From assembly GCF_009914755.1 (NCBI RefSeq), contig NC_060925.1: a DNA stretch of 64,000 nucleotides; one strand, written 5' to 3'. Origin of the DNA: the human T2T-CHM13v2.0 reference genome, Homo sapiens. The notes under the pieces were generated by a model that did no database searches, had not been told where the DNA came from, and worked only from the letters and a program-made list of their open reading frames with translations. Made by a program: the position numbers and the translations under genes. Positions 1-27,701 of the stretch are shown piece after piece; the stretch's first letter is position 1; the number at the start of each line of letters is the position of its first letter.

Positions 1-81
1 GCCAGCAATCACATCACACCAACCTCTGCACCCATCAACACATCTCTTTCTCTGATGCTCTTGCCTCCCTCTTTTTACTTA

Positions 82-770
<689 letters not shown>

Positions 771-909
771 GCTGCCACCATGCCGGCGTATGTTACTAAG
801 TTTTGGGGTAATTTGTTATGCAGCAATAACTCTTTCAAGGGACTAGAGAGGTGAGAGTTTCGAAGGGGAGGCAGTCTTTTAAAGCAGTTCCCCCATAAAA
901 ATGTCCTTA

Positions 910-1520
<611 letters not shown>

Positions 1521-1672
1521 CAAAAAAAAAAATTCTTAAAAAAAAAAAAATTCTTAAACAGCTGTGTCACCTGGCACATTTTTGATAGCTGTGTCCTCTG
1601 CCTGGGATGCCTGATTTTCACATGGCCGACTCTTATCACTCAACTCTTTCTAGAAGGATTCTTCCAGCAGCA

Positions 1673-2040
<368 letters not shown>

Positions 2041-2339
2041 TTAGGTTGCTTGGTTGGTTTTTACTGTCTCCCCCACTAGAATGGAGGTTCCATGAGAGCA
2101 GGGAGCACCCTCTTGCTCAGCATGGTGCCCTCAGCACACAGAACAGTGCTTGGCATAAATAGATGAGCCCAATGGCTCTCATTTTCTGCCTTTGCTTCCC
2201 CGCCACCCATGCTTCCTGTCATACTCTGCAGGACTTGAAGTTGCTTTTCAGTCATTCTGTCTCACACATTGTTCCTTCTCCTAGAATCCCTTTTCTCCTT
2301 CTCTTCTTCAGTTGTTGAGATGATTGAGACCTACATATC

Positions 2340-3033
<694 letters not shown>

Positions 3034-4291
3034 TCAGCCACCTGTCATCTGTCCCTCCTAAGTGCAAGTGTCGCATGCTGGGCTTCCCTGCCATCACACT
3101 TACTGTCCACTGGGGCTGGCAATGACTGTTGAAGTGTCTCTGCCCTGCCAGGTGTTGAAAGGCTGCGTCTCCTTCACTGTTGCATCCCTAGGGTCCATGG
3201 TTGTCTCACTGAGTGTTTGCTGAATAGAGAGGTGAGTGATGATGAGGAGGGCCCTGTGAGAGGCCCCTGGGGTTGGCCTGTACCTACACGATGTTCTCCT
3301 TCTCAGGGCCTTGCCCCTGCTGGCTGAGGAAGGGATGGGATTTATTCTGCATTCCCTATATGTGAGTGTCTCAACCTAAGTAAAACTCACTTCTGCTGTG
3401 CAATGATCCTTGAGGTGAACTTGGGGCACTGGAAACAGTCTCGGGGCGGGGGTATGGGCAAAGGAGTGACCTCAGCTGCCAATCACTGGAAGCCCAGAAC
3501 AGCTTTCTCTCATCTCAAGGTGGGATGCCGCTGCATCACCTTCCCCTCATGCTGCATCGGATAGTTCCCTGGACAACTGCGCTCCATGGACTCACAAGCC
3601 CGCACGATGGGAGTCAGGGGAGGCAACGTTGTCTGCCCTCCTCTCCTCCCACAGCATGCAGGAGGCCAGCGGTGGCGGGTGGCTTTGGTGATAGGAGGGA
3701 GTGTGTGAATTTGGGGCAGAAACCTGGTGGGAGAGAAAAAAGAGAGAAGAGAGAAAGATGAGAAGACAGTGGCCACTGCTGGCTTGCAGGCATTGACTCC
3801 CACTCCAAAACGCCTGACATAGCCTCCTGGATGTAGAATATCTCCCCTCCCCAACACAAAAAACCCCCTTTCCAGAACAAAAGCCCTGTCACTGAAAGCA
3901 CTTATTTAACAACAATAACAGCAGAACACACAAGGTACAAAAACATTTTTCTAAAAAATTTTCCCAATTCAATTCAACAAATATTTATTTTCCAGAAAAA
4001 GCGGAGATATATAAAGAAATAGAAATGTGTGGGTTTTTTTCTTGTTTTTGATTGAAAAGCCTATCGGCACAACCAGGAGAACAGCACTGCCCTGGTGAGC
4101 CAAGCACAATGGGAAAGCATTTTTAAAATAGAAAAGAACACTAATATATAAATATACCCAGGTAATTTTAAAACATAGTGCAGCCTCAATGCTAGGGTGG
4201 GGGATGGGCCTCAGGCTCACAGGCAACCTGTGTTCTGTCTTCCCTGTGGGCTGCCTGGGGATACAGTTTAATCCAAGGTGAGCCTCCCTCA

Positions 4292-5074
<783 letters not shown>

Positions 5075-5616
5075 TCAGGAGAGCCAGTTTTGGGTAAGAA
5101 AAGAGCACCGAACTAGAAGACAGAAGGCCACTTCCCTGCCCCATGCCTCAGTTTCCTCATCTGTAAAATGGATTCTGTCACCTCTACTATTCCTTCTGGC
5201 TCTAATAGGCCATGATTCTAAAGGGGTTGCTTAGGAATGTAGGGGCAAACATGGTGGAGGAGATGTGGAAATCCCATTAGGGACCTTCTAGCTACCTCTA
5301 TCTGAAGACAAAGACCAGGGAAGACATCCCAGGCAAATGAATTGCGACCACAAAACTCCTTTAGGGAAACCAGTGGGCCCTGCCAAACTGAGCAGGAGTT
5401 TTTAACCTGTGTGCCATGAATCCTTTACAGGTTTTGATCATTGTGTCAAATTGATCTTTGCCACTGCTGTGGATACACGTATATTTCAGTGATTTCTTTT
5501 GCACAGAAGGGGGACATGGGCAAGTTGTGTGAGATGACACACAGTGGGCACCACTTGCCGTTGGGTAGAGGCAAGAGGCATTGCTGAACAGGCTCAACTT
5601 GGCCAAGGATGGTGTC

Positions 5617-6480
<864 letters not shown>

Positions 6481-6606
6481 TCAGTGTTGTTCTGAGTTCT
6501 TTTAGTCTCTTCAAGGATATTGCCAACACCTGTAATATTTGTAACATTACAAATATTAAATATTTATATTTATATTTATATTAAATCTTTATAAATAAAT
6601 ATTTAG

Positions 6607-6915
<309 letters not shown>

Positions 6916-8615
6916 TTAAAAATACAACATCTGTAATAAATGTACCATGAGCACTGTGGAGAACTCTGGGTACAAGGGATTCCCATGTTCCTTGCCTTAC
7001 TGGTCAGTGAATTAGGCCTCTCGGGTCTCACTCCATTTTCTTCCTGTGCCTGAAGCACTTGTCTGTTTCAGCTGCCTTCTCTCCCCTGCTCTGGTTCTCT
7101 GCCCTCACCCCATACCCAACCCACACAGATGTACCAAGGGGGAACCTGCCATATCCTCTACCCCCACCCCATGCCCACAGACAATCCTGTCCTGAAGGCC
7201 ATCCCCTGGCTTAATTATTTGCAGACCTTCCTTCTCTTTTGGGTCTCCCAAAGTCCAAGACTTATACATCAACCAGGTGCAAACAAACAAGCAAACAAGC
7301 AAAAAACAAGAAATGAAAGTCCAAGACTCTTCAGATAATTAAACCTGGAGGGAGAGGAAGGGCGAGGCCCACCCCCTGGGCTTTTGGAATCGGGCTGAGT
7401 GATTAGGTCATAATTGATCTTTATTGTTGCAGCTGAAGATTATTTATCCCACTCCCAGAGGAGCATGTGTCACCCGCCTGCCCCACCCCCAGCTTTCTGA
7501 AGCTGAACCGCCTGCACCCAAGTGGAACAGGGGGACTGGGGGTGGTGGCTGGGCTGTTTACTCATTCTCCCTCCTTGGGGGCCTCTGGCAGCTGCCCCTC
7601 CCTGACACGTCACATGGATTTTTCTCACTCTTCTCTTCACTGCCACGGGGCATCTCAGCCCTCCTGGGGACCTGGGCCAGGGACCAAAGCCCAGGCCAAA
7701 GACAGCGTCCTTAACAGCAGCCTCGGTTCACGAGTTCCTAAGAACTTTCCCAGGCATGCCCTGGAAAGGAAACAGGGGCGGGAGGAATGAGGTTCCCTAA
7801 AAATACATTGAGATTTCCCAGTGGAGGGATGAGTGGGAGGTGGAAGACAGGACTGTGAGTTACATGGGACATTCAGCTCCACTCTGTCCCCAAGGTGCAG
7901 AGGGGCCTGCTGGAAAAAACCTCCCTGAAAAAGAACGGGAAAGAGAAGAAGTTCTACTACCCACAGATAAATCTCCAAGGGCTGCCCTGGGCCATGTAGA
8001 TTAATTCTATTATGATTTGTGATAATAATTCGTTTTATTTTTGTAGAGTCCTTTAAAACATTTTTTACTGATTTCATGTTGCTTGTCAGCATGACCTCAT
8101 TTGTCCTGGTCTATGAGGCAGGGCAGAGATGAGCCCGATTTCATAAACAAGAGAAGTAAGAACGAGCACAGCTAAGGGACTTGCCAAGTCCGAGTCAGAA
8201 CCCGAGTTCCCTGACTCTCCCCCTTAGATCAGTTATGCAGTTTAACTGTGACAAAATGGGGGTCTCCTCTGGGGGGCTGTGACTTTCACTTGCTGGGTTG
8301 AAATCCCCTAGTAGGACTGCCTGGAGACACACAGCCTCCCCTGGTGAGGGGATTCCAGGTCTCCCACCTCTCTTAGGCAGCAGGTCCTTCCTGGGACTGC
8401 CACGCCACCTTGCTCTAGAAAGCAGAGCGGTGCCGTCCTCAGAATGACGGACTAACCATGGCCAACACGGCTGCTCACCTGCTGTGTCCCAGATCTGTGC
8501 CAAGGATTTACACCAATTATCTCACTTGGTCCTCCAGGAACCCTGGGTAGTGGGCACTCTGACCACTCTTATTTTTCAGGTGAGGCAGTAGGAACAGAGA
8601 AGTGAATATGCCCTA

Positions 8616-8970
8616 TGTATTATTCTGTTCTCATGCTGCTAATACCCAAGACTGGGTAATTTATAAAGAAAAAGAAGTTTAATAGACTCACAGTTCCACA
8701 TGGCTGGGGAAGCTTCACAATCATGGTGGAAGTTGAAAGAGGACAAAGGCACATCTTATAGGGTGGCAGGCAAGACAGAGCATGTGCAGGGGAACTCCCC
8801 TTTAGGAAACCATCAGATCTTGTGAGAGATTTATTCACTATCATGAGAACAGCACAGGAAAAACCCATCCCCATGATTCAATTACCTCCCATTGGGTCCT
8901 TCCCATGACACGTGAGAACTATGGGAACTACAGTTTGAGATTCGGGTGGGGACACAGCCAAACTATATTA
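8616..8970 (-). mobile_element. THE1 solo LTR inserted in a MIR
   Basis: GACTGGGTAATTTATAAAGAAAAAGAAGTTTAATAGACTCACAGTTCCACATGG; TSD CCCTA at 8611-8615 and 8971-8975; MIR halves on both sides. Confidence 0.92.
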
Positions 8971-9104
8971 CCCTAGGTTACACAGCTAGCAAGAGGCAAG
9001 GGCCAAGATTTGAGACCAGGACTGCCTGAGCTCCAGAGCAATGCCTTTAACTGTGAAAGACGGGCTATGCCGCATGTAGAAATCTCCTAGGAGGGGGGAA
9101 GCAC

Positions 9105-9791
9105 AACTGTCAAAAATAATACCATAGACTAGGTGCCTTAAACAGCAGACATTTATTCCTCGCAGCTCTGGAGGCTGGGAAGTCCAAGATGAAGGAGCCA
9201 GTAGATTTGGTTTCTGGTGAGGGCCTACTTCCTGGCTTGCAGATAGAAGCTGTGCCTCCTTGCTGTGTCCTCACATCATGGAGGAGAGAGGGAGAAAGGG
9301 CTCTAGTCTCTGGCTCTTCTTTTATTTTTTTATTTTTTTTGAGACAGAGTCTCGCTCTCTCACCCAGGCTGGAGTACAATGGCACAATCCCAGCTCACTA
9401 CAACCTCCACCTCCCAGGTTCAAGTGACTCTTCTGCCTCAGCCTCCTGAGTGACTGGGATTACAGGCACCTGCCATCATCCCCAGCTAATTTTTATACTT
9501 TTGTAGAGAGGGGGTTTCACCATGTTGGCCAGGCTGGTCTCAAACTCTTGACCTCAGGTGATCTGCCCACCTCGGCCTCCCAAAATGCTTAGATTACAGG
9601 TGTGAGCCACCACACTCAGCCTCTGGCTTTTGTTATAAGAACACTAATCCAATCCTAGAGGCTCTCCCTCATGACCTCATCTAAACCTAATCACCTCCCA
9701 AAGGCCCCATCTCCTAATACCATCACACTGGGGATCGAAGTTTCAACACATGAATTTAGGGGGTGGAGACACAAACTTTCAGTCAATAACA
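9105..9791 (-). mobile_element. MLT1A-like LTR with nested Alu (-, 9317-9621)
   Basis: CTCTGGAGGCTGGGAAGTCCAAGAT and CCTCATGACCTCATCTAAACCTAATCACCTCCCAAAGG motifs. Confidence 0.8.
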
Positions 9792-10670
9792 AGACCTCAA
9801 GCCCTTAGGTGCCAACCCATGGGTGTAGGGGCATTGATGAGAGAAACCAAAGAGCATTGAAGATAAACTGTCGGAGAACTTCGATGCTGCCAGGGCCCCT
9901 AGAGATCACCTGCAGATGATTGCAGAGTACAGCTGAGAGCATGCAGACCCAGGGAGAGGGAGCGATTTGTCCTGCATCGCCTGGCACAGCCAGAACTAGA
10001 ACCGGAGTATCCTGGCTTCCGGTCCCACAGCTGTCCCCTTGACCTATCCCAGGTCACTGGCCGCTTCCTCCTTCTGCTTCACAATGTCAGCTCCCCACCC
10101 CCACCCCCCGGCCTGCCATGCCAGAGGCCTTCAGCAGAACCAATGATGGTCACCTCTTTTCAGCCTGTAAAGAAACTTCTTGGATTAAAAACAAACCCCC
10201 AAAACACAAGCAAGCAAGCAGTTCCTTAAATACTTCCTAGGATCTCTGAGTTATGCTCCTATGAGAGTGTCCACATAGATGCCCGATATGTTCACCTCGT
10301 GGTCTCACCCCATTCCCTTCATCCTCCAACCCCAGACCCTCCACTCACTGCTGTGTTTGAACCAGGGCAAAGAAACACTCAGCACCTGACTGGAGCTTCG
10401 GTTTGGCTTCCTGACCTTCAGAACTCAGTATGGTACAGCAGAGACAAATTCTTCCTAGGACTGGATTCCAGCACCCTCCACCTATCTCACGGCCACTCCT
10501 GTCCCACTACTGCGTGGAGTGAGACCATTTTCTCAACTGCTGAGGCCTCCAGTCTCCTGGGGTCTGTGTTCAAAGGGCAAATAAGCCACACCTGGTTGGG
10601 ACTGCTTGGTGAGACCTGGGTAGGGAGTGTGATGGGGGTCACAGTCTTCTACACGTCCTGTCCCAGCTCT

Positions 10671-10671
<1 letters not shown>

Positions 10672-10704
<33 letters not shown>

Positions 10705-10905
10705 AGAAGGAAAGAGAGAGAGAGAAGGAAGGAAGGAAGGAAGGAAGGAAGGAAGGAAGGAAGGAAGGAAGAAGGAAGGAAGGGAGGGAGGGAGAAAGGA
10801 ATGAATGAAGAAGGAAGGAAGGAGGGAGAAAGGAAGGAAGGAGGAAGGAAGGAGGAAGGAAGGAGGAAGGAAGGAAGGAAAGAAGGAAGGAAGGAAATAA
10901 AGAAA
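10672..10905 (+). repeat. (GA)n/(GGAA)n polypurine microsatellite
   Basis: Direct reading. Confidence 0.95.
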
Positions 10906-13012
10906 GCCTTGATTTGTAGAATTTGCTGATATCTATGAAATAAAAACTCCTACAATAACCAATTGCAAGCTACCAGTGGATTTAACATTCCTGAGCTCCT
11001 GTGAGCTGGCATGGGCTGGCTCCAACACATTATTGCCCCCTCCCAGGTGCCCACTCTTGGCTCTCAGATGTCCTTGATGCAGGGGAAGTTTTAATTTCGT
11101 CTCAGTCCCTGGCAGGTGTCTGATGAACAGTCTAGGAAAACCAAGTCCCAGACACTCCATCCCTCTCCAAGCTCCCAGGCTCCAGCCACAGGGGAAAGAA
11201 GCAAACATTGTAAAGCCTTGATGTCTAAAAGGGTTTTTTTCTTCCAAGGAGTTCAAAGCAGTTACTGTGTCTGATCTTACCTTATCCTCCCAACACCCTG
11301 GGGAAGTGGGGAGACAGCAGGAATGATGTTGGTATCCCTTCCTGAAAGATGAGGACATAAGGCCCAGAAAGTGTAGACAGCTTGTCCAAGGCCACCAGCA
11401 GTTGGGAGCAAAGGCTGGAATGGGGAGACCAACTATGCCTTGAATTCTCAGCCCCACGCCACTTCCCCCACTTCACCTTCGTGTAACCCACAACAAGAGG
11501 TGGATAGCAGTGGAGAAGCATGAGATCTCCGTGTGGTTTTCCCAGACAGAACCCAGGTCTCCACTTCCCAGCTCTCCTAGTCTCAGACCACACACCCATA
11601 GCGCCTCCAGGGTAGCTGGCCCGACAGGCTTCCCTTGGGGCTGTGCCAGCTCTGTCTCTGCTCATTAGCAGGTCTATTTCCAGGTGGATCCACCATAGGG
11701 TCATTAAAGCAATAAACAAGTTCCCAATTGTCGGTGGGCTAGACCTGGCACCCACCACTCCCTGCATTGTGCTGGAGTTCCAGCGGGCCCACACAGCCCA
11801 AGAAACAATGCCTCACTTCCTCCCAGGAAGCCGCAGACCCGAGCCAGCCTCCTGGGCTCGCCCACGTGCTCTGGCCAAGCCATTGTCTCCAAGTCTGAGG
11901 GGTCCAGCCATTCCCATGACCAGGGTAGTTGCATCCTCTTTGCCTTCCAAAAGTGGGAGGTCAAGAAGCCAGGGCAAAGAGCTATAGCTCCCCTAAGGAT
12001 GCTACTGTCCAGATCCCCACAGTCCGTGGCCAGGAGTCCTGTGGCCTTTGCTGTGCATGTGAATTCCATGCCTCAGTCTTTCCCTGGAACAGGGATGCAA
12101 AGAAGACTCTAGAAACAAATGCGGGCCTGGGGCCCTAATCAAGCCCCCCGGCCTTCCTGGCACTTCTTTCTCTCTGTTTGGCTAGGATTGCTCCCCATAC
12201 CCCAAAGTATTCATGCATTATATCCCCAGGGAGGGGCTCAGTGGCAGCAAGGGTAGGCCCATCAGTAATGTGAGCAATGAGGTCATCGAGCTTCGCAAAG
12301 AGTCCCTCACTTGGTGGAGGAGAAATTCTGGCAGCCCAGGGTTTTCTTTCTCAAGGGATTCTAATAGGCATTCAGCTGGGTCCCCCCTCAAAGTGGGTTA
12401 TCAGGAGGCCTATGCCAGAATCACCACCAACCTGGATTTCTTTGTTTTCAATGTCTCTACTTGGAATTCCTTAGATGGAATGATGCCTTAGGGGAGGGAG
12501 AGAACTTGGGTGTGAGTGAGCTAGGATCTGAAAAAAGGATGGGATTCGGGGTAGGGTAGAGACCAAGAGGCCTAGGCCGGATTTGTGCAACCTCATGCAC
12601 AGGCCAGGGAAAAGCTGGCCCTGGTGCTCCACAAGATGAGAAGTGTTAAGGTAGGAAGGCAAGGGTGCCAGAGACTCTGCGTGTAGTCTCTCGCTCTTGC
12701 CAAGACCCAGCAAGAGCTGGTGAGGCTGATGATGTATTTAGTTGAGGGCCAACTCTGCATCAGCTAAACACAATTTGCTAAGTCTGCTCAGCTTTGGCCC
12801 TGAGCCCTCACCCAGGGAAGCGCAGACAGCTTATCCATAGAGCTCGCTGGGAGGGGATACAGGAGCTCTGGATTGTGGAGGCTGATGGAGAAAGGTCCTG
12901 GCCGAGGACCTGGGGACTGGGGAGGACATGCTGGAAAAAGGATCTTTCACAGAGGAAGGAGCCCCTGCTATGAGATGGCTGTGGAGTAAAAGATGTTAGA
13001 AGTATGTGGAAG

Positions 13013-13732
<720 letters not shown>

Positions 13733-13936
13733 TTAAATATAAAATAAAATATGAAATAAAAATGCACCGTTTTTATTTTATTTCATTGGAGATAGCATCT
13801 CACTTTGTCAGCAAGGCTGGAGTGCAGTGGTATGACTATAGCTCACTGCAGCCTCACTTCCTTGCCTCAAGCCATCCTCCTGCCTCAGCCCCCTGAGTAC
13901 TTGGGACCACAGGTATATGCCACCATGCCCAGCTAA

Positions 13937-14128
<192 letters not shown>

Positions 14129-14487
14129 TAAACCCATGTAAACAGCACCACAATCTAGATATAAAACGTTTCTCTAAAAGTTCCCTCCTGCATCATTGCA
14201 GCCAGTCTCTCTGCAGCTACTGGCCCCAGGCAACCACTGATCTGGTTTCTGTCACTATTGAATAGTTTTGCAAATCTGAGATTTTCATATAAATGAACAC
14301 ATAGAATATGGGCTCTTTTGTGTGTGGCTTTCCTCAGTTGTTGCATGTACCAGTAGTTTGTTTCTTTTTATCGTTGAGTAGATTCTACTGTGTAGCTAGC
14401 TATACCACAGTTTGTTTATTCATTCACTTGTTGGTGGACATTTTGATTGTTTTCAGTTTGGGGCTGTGATGAAGAAAGCTTCCTTCA

Positions 14488-14649
<162 letters not shown>

Positions 14650-14915
14650 TTAGCCAGGCATGGTGGCGGGCACCTGTAATCCCAGCTACTCAAGAGGCTG
14701 AGGCAAAGAGAATTGCTTGAACCCAGGAGGCAGAGGTTGCAGTGAGCTGAGATTGCGCCACTGCACTCCAGCCTAGGTGACAGAGCGAGACCCTGTCTCA
14801 AAAAAAAACAAGTCTTTGTGGATACATATTTACATTTGTTTTAGGTATGTATCCAGCAGGGGAATTGTTGAATCTTGTGCTAAGTGTATGTTAACTTTAT
14901 AAGAAATTGTGGCTA

Positions 14916-15301
<386 letters not shown>

Positions 15302-15419
15302 TCAGGCATCCCCAGCAACTTATGAGAGTTCCAGTTGCTCTACATCTTTGTGCACTTTTGGTATTATCCATCTTTTTTCTTTTCTTTTTTTGAGGCAGTC
15401 TCTTTTTTTGAAAAAAATT

Positions 15420-16166
<747 letters not shown>

Positions 16167-16384
16167 TAAGTTTTTGTAGAGATGGGGTCTCTCTACATTG
16201 CCCAGGCTTGTCTCGAATTCCTGGGCTCAGGCGATCTTCCTGCCTTGGCCTCCCAAAGTGCTGGAATTACAGGCGTTAGCCACCGTGCCTGGCCTCCATC
16301 TTTTTTCCTTTAATCATTCTACTGGGAGTGTAGTAAAGTCTCATTGTGGGTTTAATTTGCATTTCCTTGATAATTAATGATGTT

Positions 16385-16666
16385 TTTAAATTTTATTTTA
16401 TTATTATTATTATACTTCAAGTTTTAGGGTACATGTGCACAACGTGCAGGTTAGTTACATATGTATACATGTGCCATGCTGGTGTGCTGCACCCATTAAC
16501 TCGTCATTTAGCATTAGGCATATCTCCTAATGCTATCCCTCCCCCCTCCCCCCACCCCACAACAGTCCCCGGTGTGTGATGTTCCCCTTCCTGTGTCCAT
16601 GTGTTCTCATTGTTCAATTCCCACCTATGAGTGAGAACGTGCAGTGTTTGGTTTTTTTGTCCTTGC
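16385..16666 (-). mobile_element. 5'-truncated young L1PA 3' end
   Basis: Near-consensus L1PA 3' UTR; 13-bp TSD AATTAATGATGTT at 16372-16384 and 16667-16679. Confidence 0.92.
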
Positions 16667-16801
16667 AATTAATGATGTTCAATGTGCCTATTTGTCATTC
16701 ATATATCTTTTTTGGTGAAATGACTGTTCAAATCTTTTGTCCATTAAAAACAATTGGGTTGGCAGGGTGCGGTGGTTCATGCCTGTAATTCCAGCACTTT
16801 A

Positions 16802-17532
<731 letters not shown>

Positions 17533-18457
17533 TAGAGGCAAGTTCTCACTCTGTCCCCCAGGCTGGAGTGCAGTGGTACAATCATAGCTCACGGCAGCCT
17601 CCAACCCCTGGGCTCAAGAAATCCTCCCACCTCAACCTCCCTAGTAGCTAGGACTATAGGCACGTGCCCCCATGTCTGGCCTCTTTTCATTTTCTGAAAG
17701 TGTGAAGAGCAGAAGATTCAAATTTCAACAGAGTCAGGCTTATTGTTTCCTTTATGGTGAATGCTTTTGGTGTCCTAAGAAACCACCGCCTACCCCAAAG
17801 TCAGAAAAACATTTCTTTTATGTTTTCTTTTAGAATTTTACCATTTTAGCTTATATTTTTAGCTCTGTGATCCTTTTCTAGTTTATTTTTGTGTGTATTA
17901 TGAGGAAGGGGTCAAGGTATATTTTTTTCCCCCTAAGACTATATAGTTGTTCTAGTATCATTTGTTGAAAAGATATCCTTTCCTCTTTAAACTACCCTGG
18001 CACATTTGTAAAAAAATCAATTGACAAAACATGTGTGGATCTATTTCTGGACTCTGTTCTGCTTTATTGATCTGTGTGTCCACCCTTATGCCAATACCAT
18101 ACTTGACTTGATTACTGTAGCTGTACAGTAGGTTTTGAAGTCAGGTGATATGAGTCCTATTTTGCTCTTCTTTGTCAAGGTAGTTTTGGATATCCTAGGC
18201 CCTTTGAGTTTCCACATAAATTTTAGAATTAGCTTGTCAATTTCTGCAAAAATTACTGGATAATTATTATTGGGATTGTATTGAATCTATATATCAATTT
18301 TGGGAGAATTAACATTTTAACAATATTGAGTCGGCCGGGCATGGTGGCTCACGCCTGTAATCCCAGCACTTTGGGAGGCCGAGGTGGGCCTCAGGATCAC
18401 CTGAGGTCGGGAGTTCGAGACCAGCCTGACCAACATGGAGAAACCCCGTCTCTACTA

Positions 18458-18654
<197 letters not shown>

Positions 18655-18658
18655 CTAT

Positions 18659-18752
18659 TTGATGGGTAATTTTAGGTGTCAACTTGACTAGATTAAGGGT
18701 ACCTAGAAACCTGATAAAGCATTATGTTTGGGTGTGTCTGTGAAGGTGTTTC
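18659..18752 (+). mobile_element. MLT2 (ERVL) LTR 5' fragment
   Basis: TGATGGGTAATTTTAGGTGTCAACTTGACTAGATTAAGG...GGGTGTGTCTGTGA. Confidence 0.7.
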
Positions 18753-18777
18753 TGTGTGAGCTACTGCGCCTGACCAA

Positions 18778-21661
<2,884 letters not shown>

Positions 21662-22199
21662 TAAAAATTAATTGGGAAATATTCCTTCTTTCTCTGTTTT
21701 CTGAAATAATTAATGTATGATTAGGATTATTTCACCTTTAAGTGTTTGATAGAATTTTGCCAGTTTTTAAAAATAACTGCTTCAAGTCTTTAATATATAG
21801 AAGGCTATTCAGATTTTCTATTTCTTCTTGGGCCAGTTCTGGTAATATGTGTGTTTCAAGTAATTTGTCCATTTTATCTAAGTTGCCAAATTTATTCTAT
21901 AAAGTTGTTAATAATACTCCTTTTTAATCCTTTTCATGTCTGTAGAATCTGAAGTGATATGCCCCCCACCCTTCATTCCTGATATTGGTATTTTTGTCTT
22001 TCCTCTTTTGTTGTTGATCAATCTAGCTAGAGGTTTATCAATTTCATTGGTCTTCTCATGGAAACAGCCTTTGCTTTCATTGATTTTCTTTACTGTTGTT
22101 CTGTTTATTATTTCACTGATTTCCACTCTTATCTTTATTATTTTCTTCCTAGTATTGCTTTTTGAAGGCCATAGAAGGGCATAGGCTTCTACTCCCATC

Positions 22200-22600
22200 T
22201 CCAATCATAAATCACAGAAGGTCTGAGTTAAAAGGGATCTTAGAAACAATCTTGTCCACCCCTTTCATTTTATAGGTGAACAGAAATTCAGAGGGGGAAG
22301 TGGTTTTCCTCCGGCCACTTAGCTTTCATCTATGGTCAATTCATTTATTCATGTATTCATTCCTTTCTTCATTAATATGTTCTTATTCATTCATGTTAGA
22401 TATATTTGTTGAACTTATACTACGGACCAGAGGCTGTTCTAAGACCAAAGATGAATAAATTGCAGCCTTTGCTTTCAAAAATCTTCCATCCTAATGAGGG
22501 AAGTAGCAAGTTCTCAGCCAATGCAGTGACAAGTGCCATAGCAGAGGTAGTCTCAGAATGCCATGAAAGCACCGAGAAAGTGATTCAAACTCTGATGGAT
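22200..22600. mobile_element. MIR and L2 3'-end remnants
   Basis: CATTTTATAGGTGAA MIR core; (TTCA)n-like L2 tail. Confidence 0.6.
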
Positions 22601-22966
22601 GATGTGAAGATGAGGATGGGGGCAGAAGATGCTCAGGGAAGACTTCAAAGAAGACGTTTAAAATAGGTCCACCAGGCAAGTAACTTTTTCACTCCAGAGA
22701 GAGCTTTGTGAATCTACTAAAACTTTGTCTAAATAAGGCAAATGGAAAGCAATACAAGTCTCAATAAGCAGCCACCAATTAATCAATTAGCTAATTCGGT
22801 GTCCAGCATCAGCTATGAGGATTGGGAAAACACAGATTATGCGATGATTCAATCACGCTTTCCAGAGAATAAATATTCTCTCAGATTCCCATTTATTGAT
22901 TTTCTATTTTGCAAGTGGCTGATCCCATCCATAGAAGGTAAATATATTTAGAAGCTATAGAGTTAT

Positions 22967-23273
22967 CGGCCAGGCGAGGTGGCTCATGCCTGTAATCCCA
23001 GCATTTTGGGAGGCCGAGGTGGGCGGATCACCTGAGGTCAGGAATTCAAGACCAGCCTGGCCAACATGGCAAAACCTGTCTCTACTAAAAATACAAAAAT
23101 TAGCTGGGCGTGGTGGTGTGCACCTGTAGGCCCAGCTACTTGGAGGGGCTGAGGCAGGAGAATCACTTGAACCCAGAGGCAGAGGTTGCAGTGAGCCTAG
23201 ATTGCGCCACTGCACTCCAGCCTGGATGACAGAGCAAGACTCCGTCTCAAACAAACAAACAAACAAACAAACA
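22967..23273 (+). mobile_element. AluS with (AAAC)n tail
   Basis: Alu consensus; TAGAGTTATC TSD. Confidence 0.93.
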
Positions 23274-23324
23274 AGAACCTGTAGAGTTATCTTAGCGATA
23301 TTGACATCCTTTTCTATTATCTCC

Positions 23325-24168
<844 letters not shown>

Positions 24169-24510
24169 GATATCTTTATGGGCTGACTACAATTTTAATA
24201 ATCTGGAAGTTTAGTGACATTGAGATTTAAATGGTCAATCCATCTTTGCCTCATTTTCCACACAGCACTGTAAGGAAAAAGTCCTAATTCTTAGAAATGA
24301 AATTATTTCCTAGAATCTTGTCCTCTTTAAATATATTGTACTATTATATACTAAAATAAAAAATAATGGTTAGACCTACACATATGCAGTGAAAAAAAGA
24401 AAAGAAAACAAACAACAAACAAAAGTAATGGGAGTTTTTATTGAGAACCCAATCCAGTCCCATGATGGGAGAAATATCTTATATATTAGAAGGCAACTTC
24501 AAAAAATCTT

Positions 24511-27701
<3,191 letters not shown>

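Noticed and set aside
3510-3857. 115-aa minus-strand ORF as a lncRNA-encoded protein
   Set aside because: Non-ATG start, no recognisable homology, exon structure unknown
21908-22204. ORF with L1 ORF2p similarity
   Set aside because: Degenerate fragment of an old, interrupted L1
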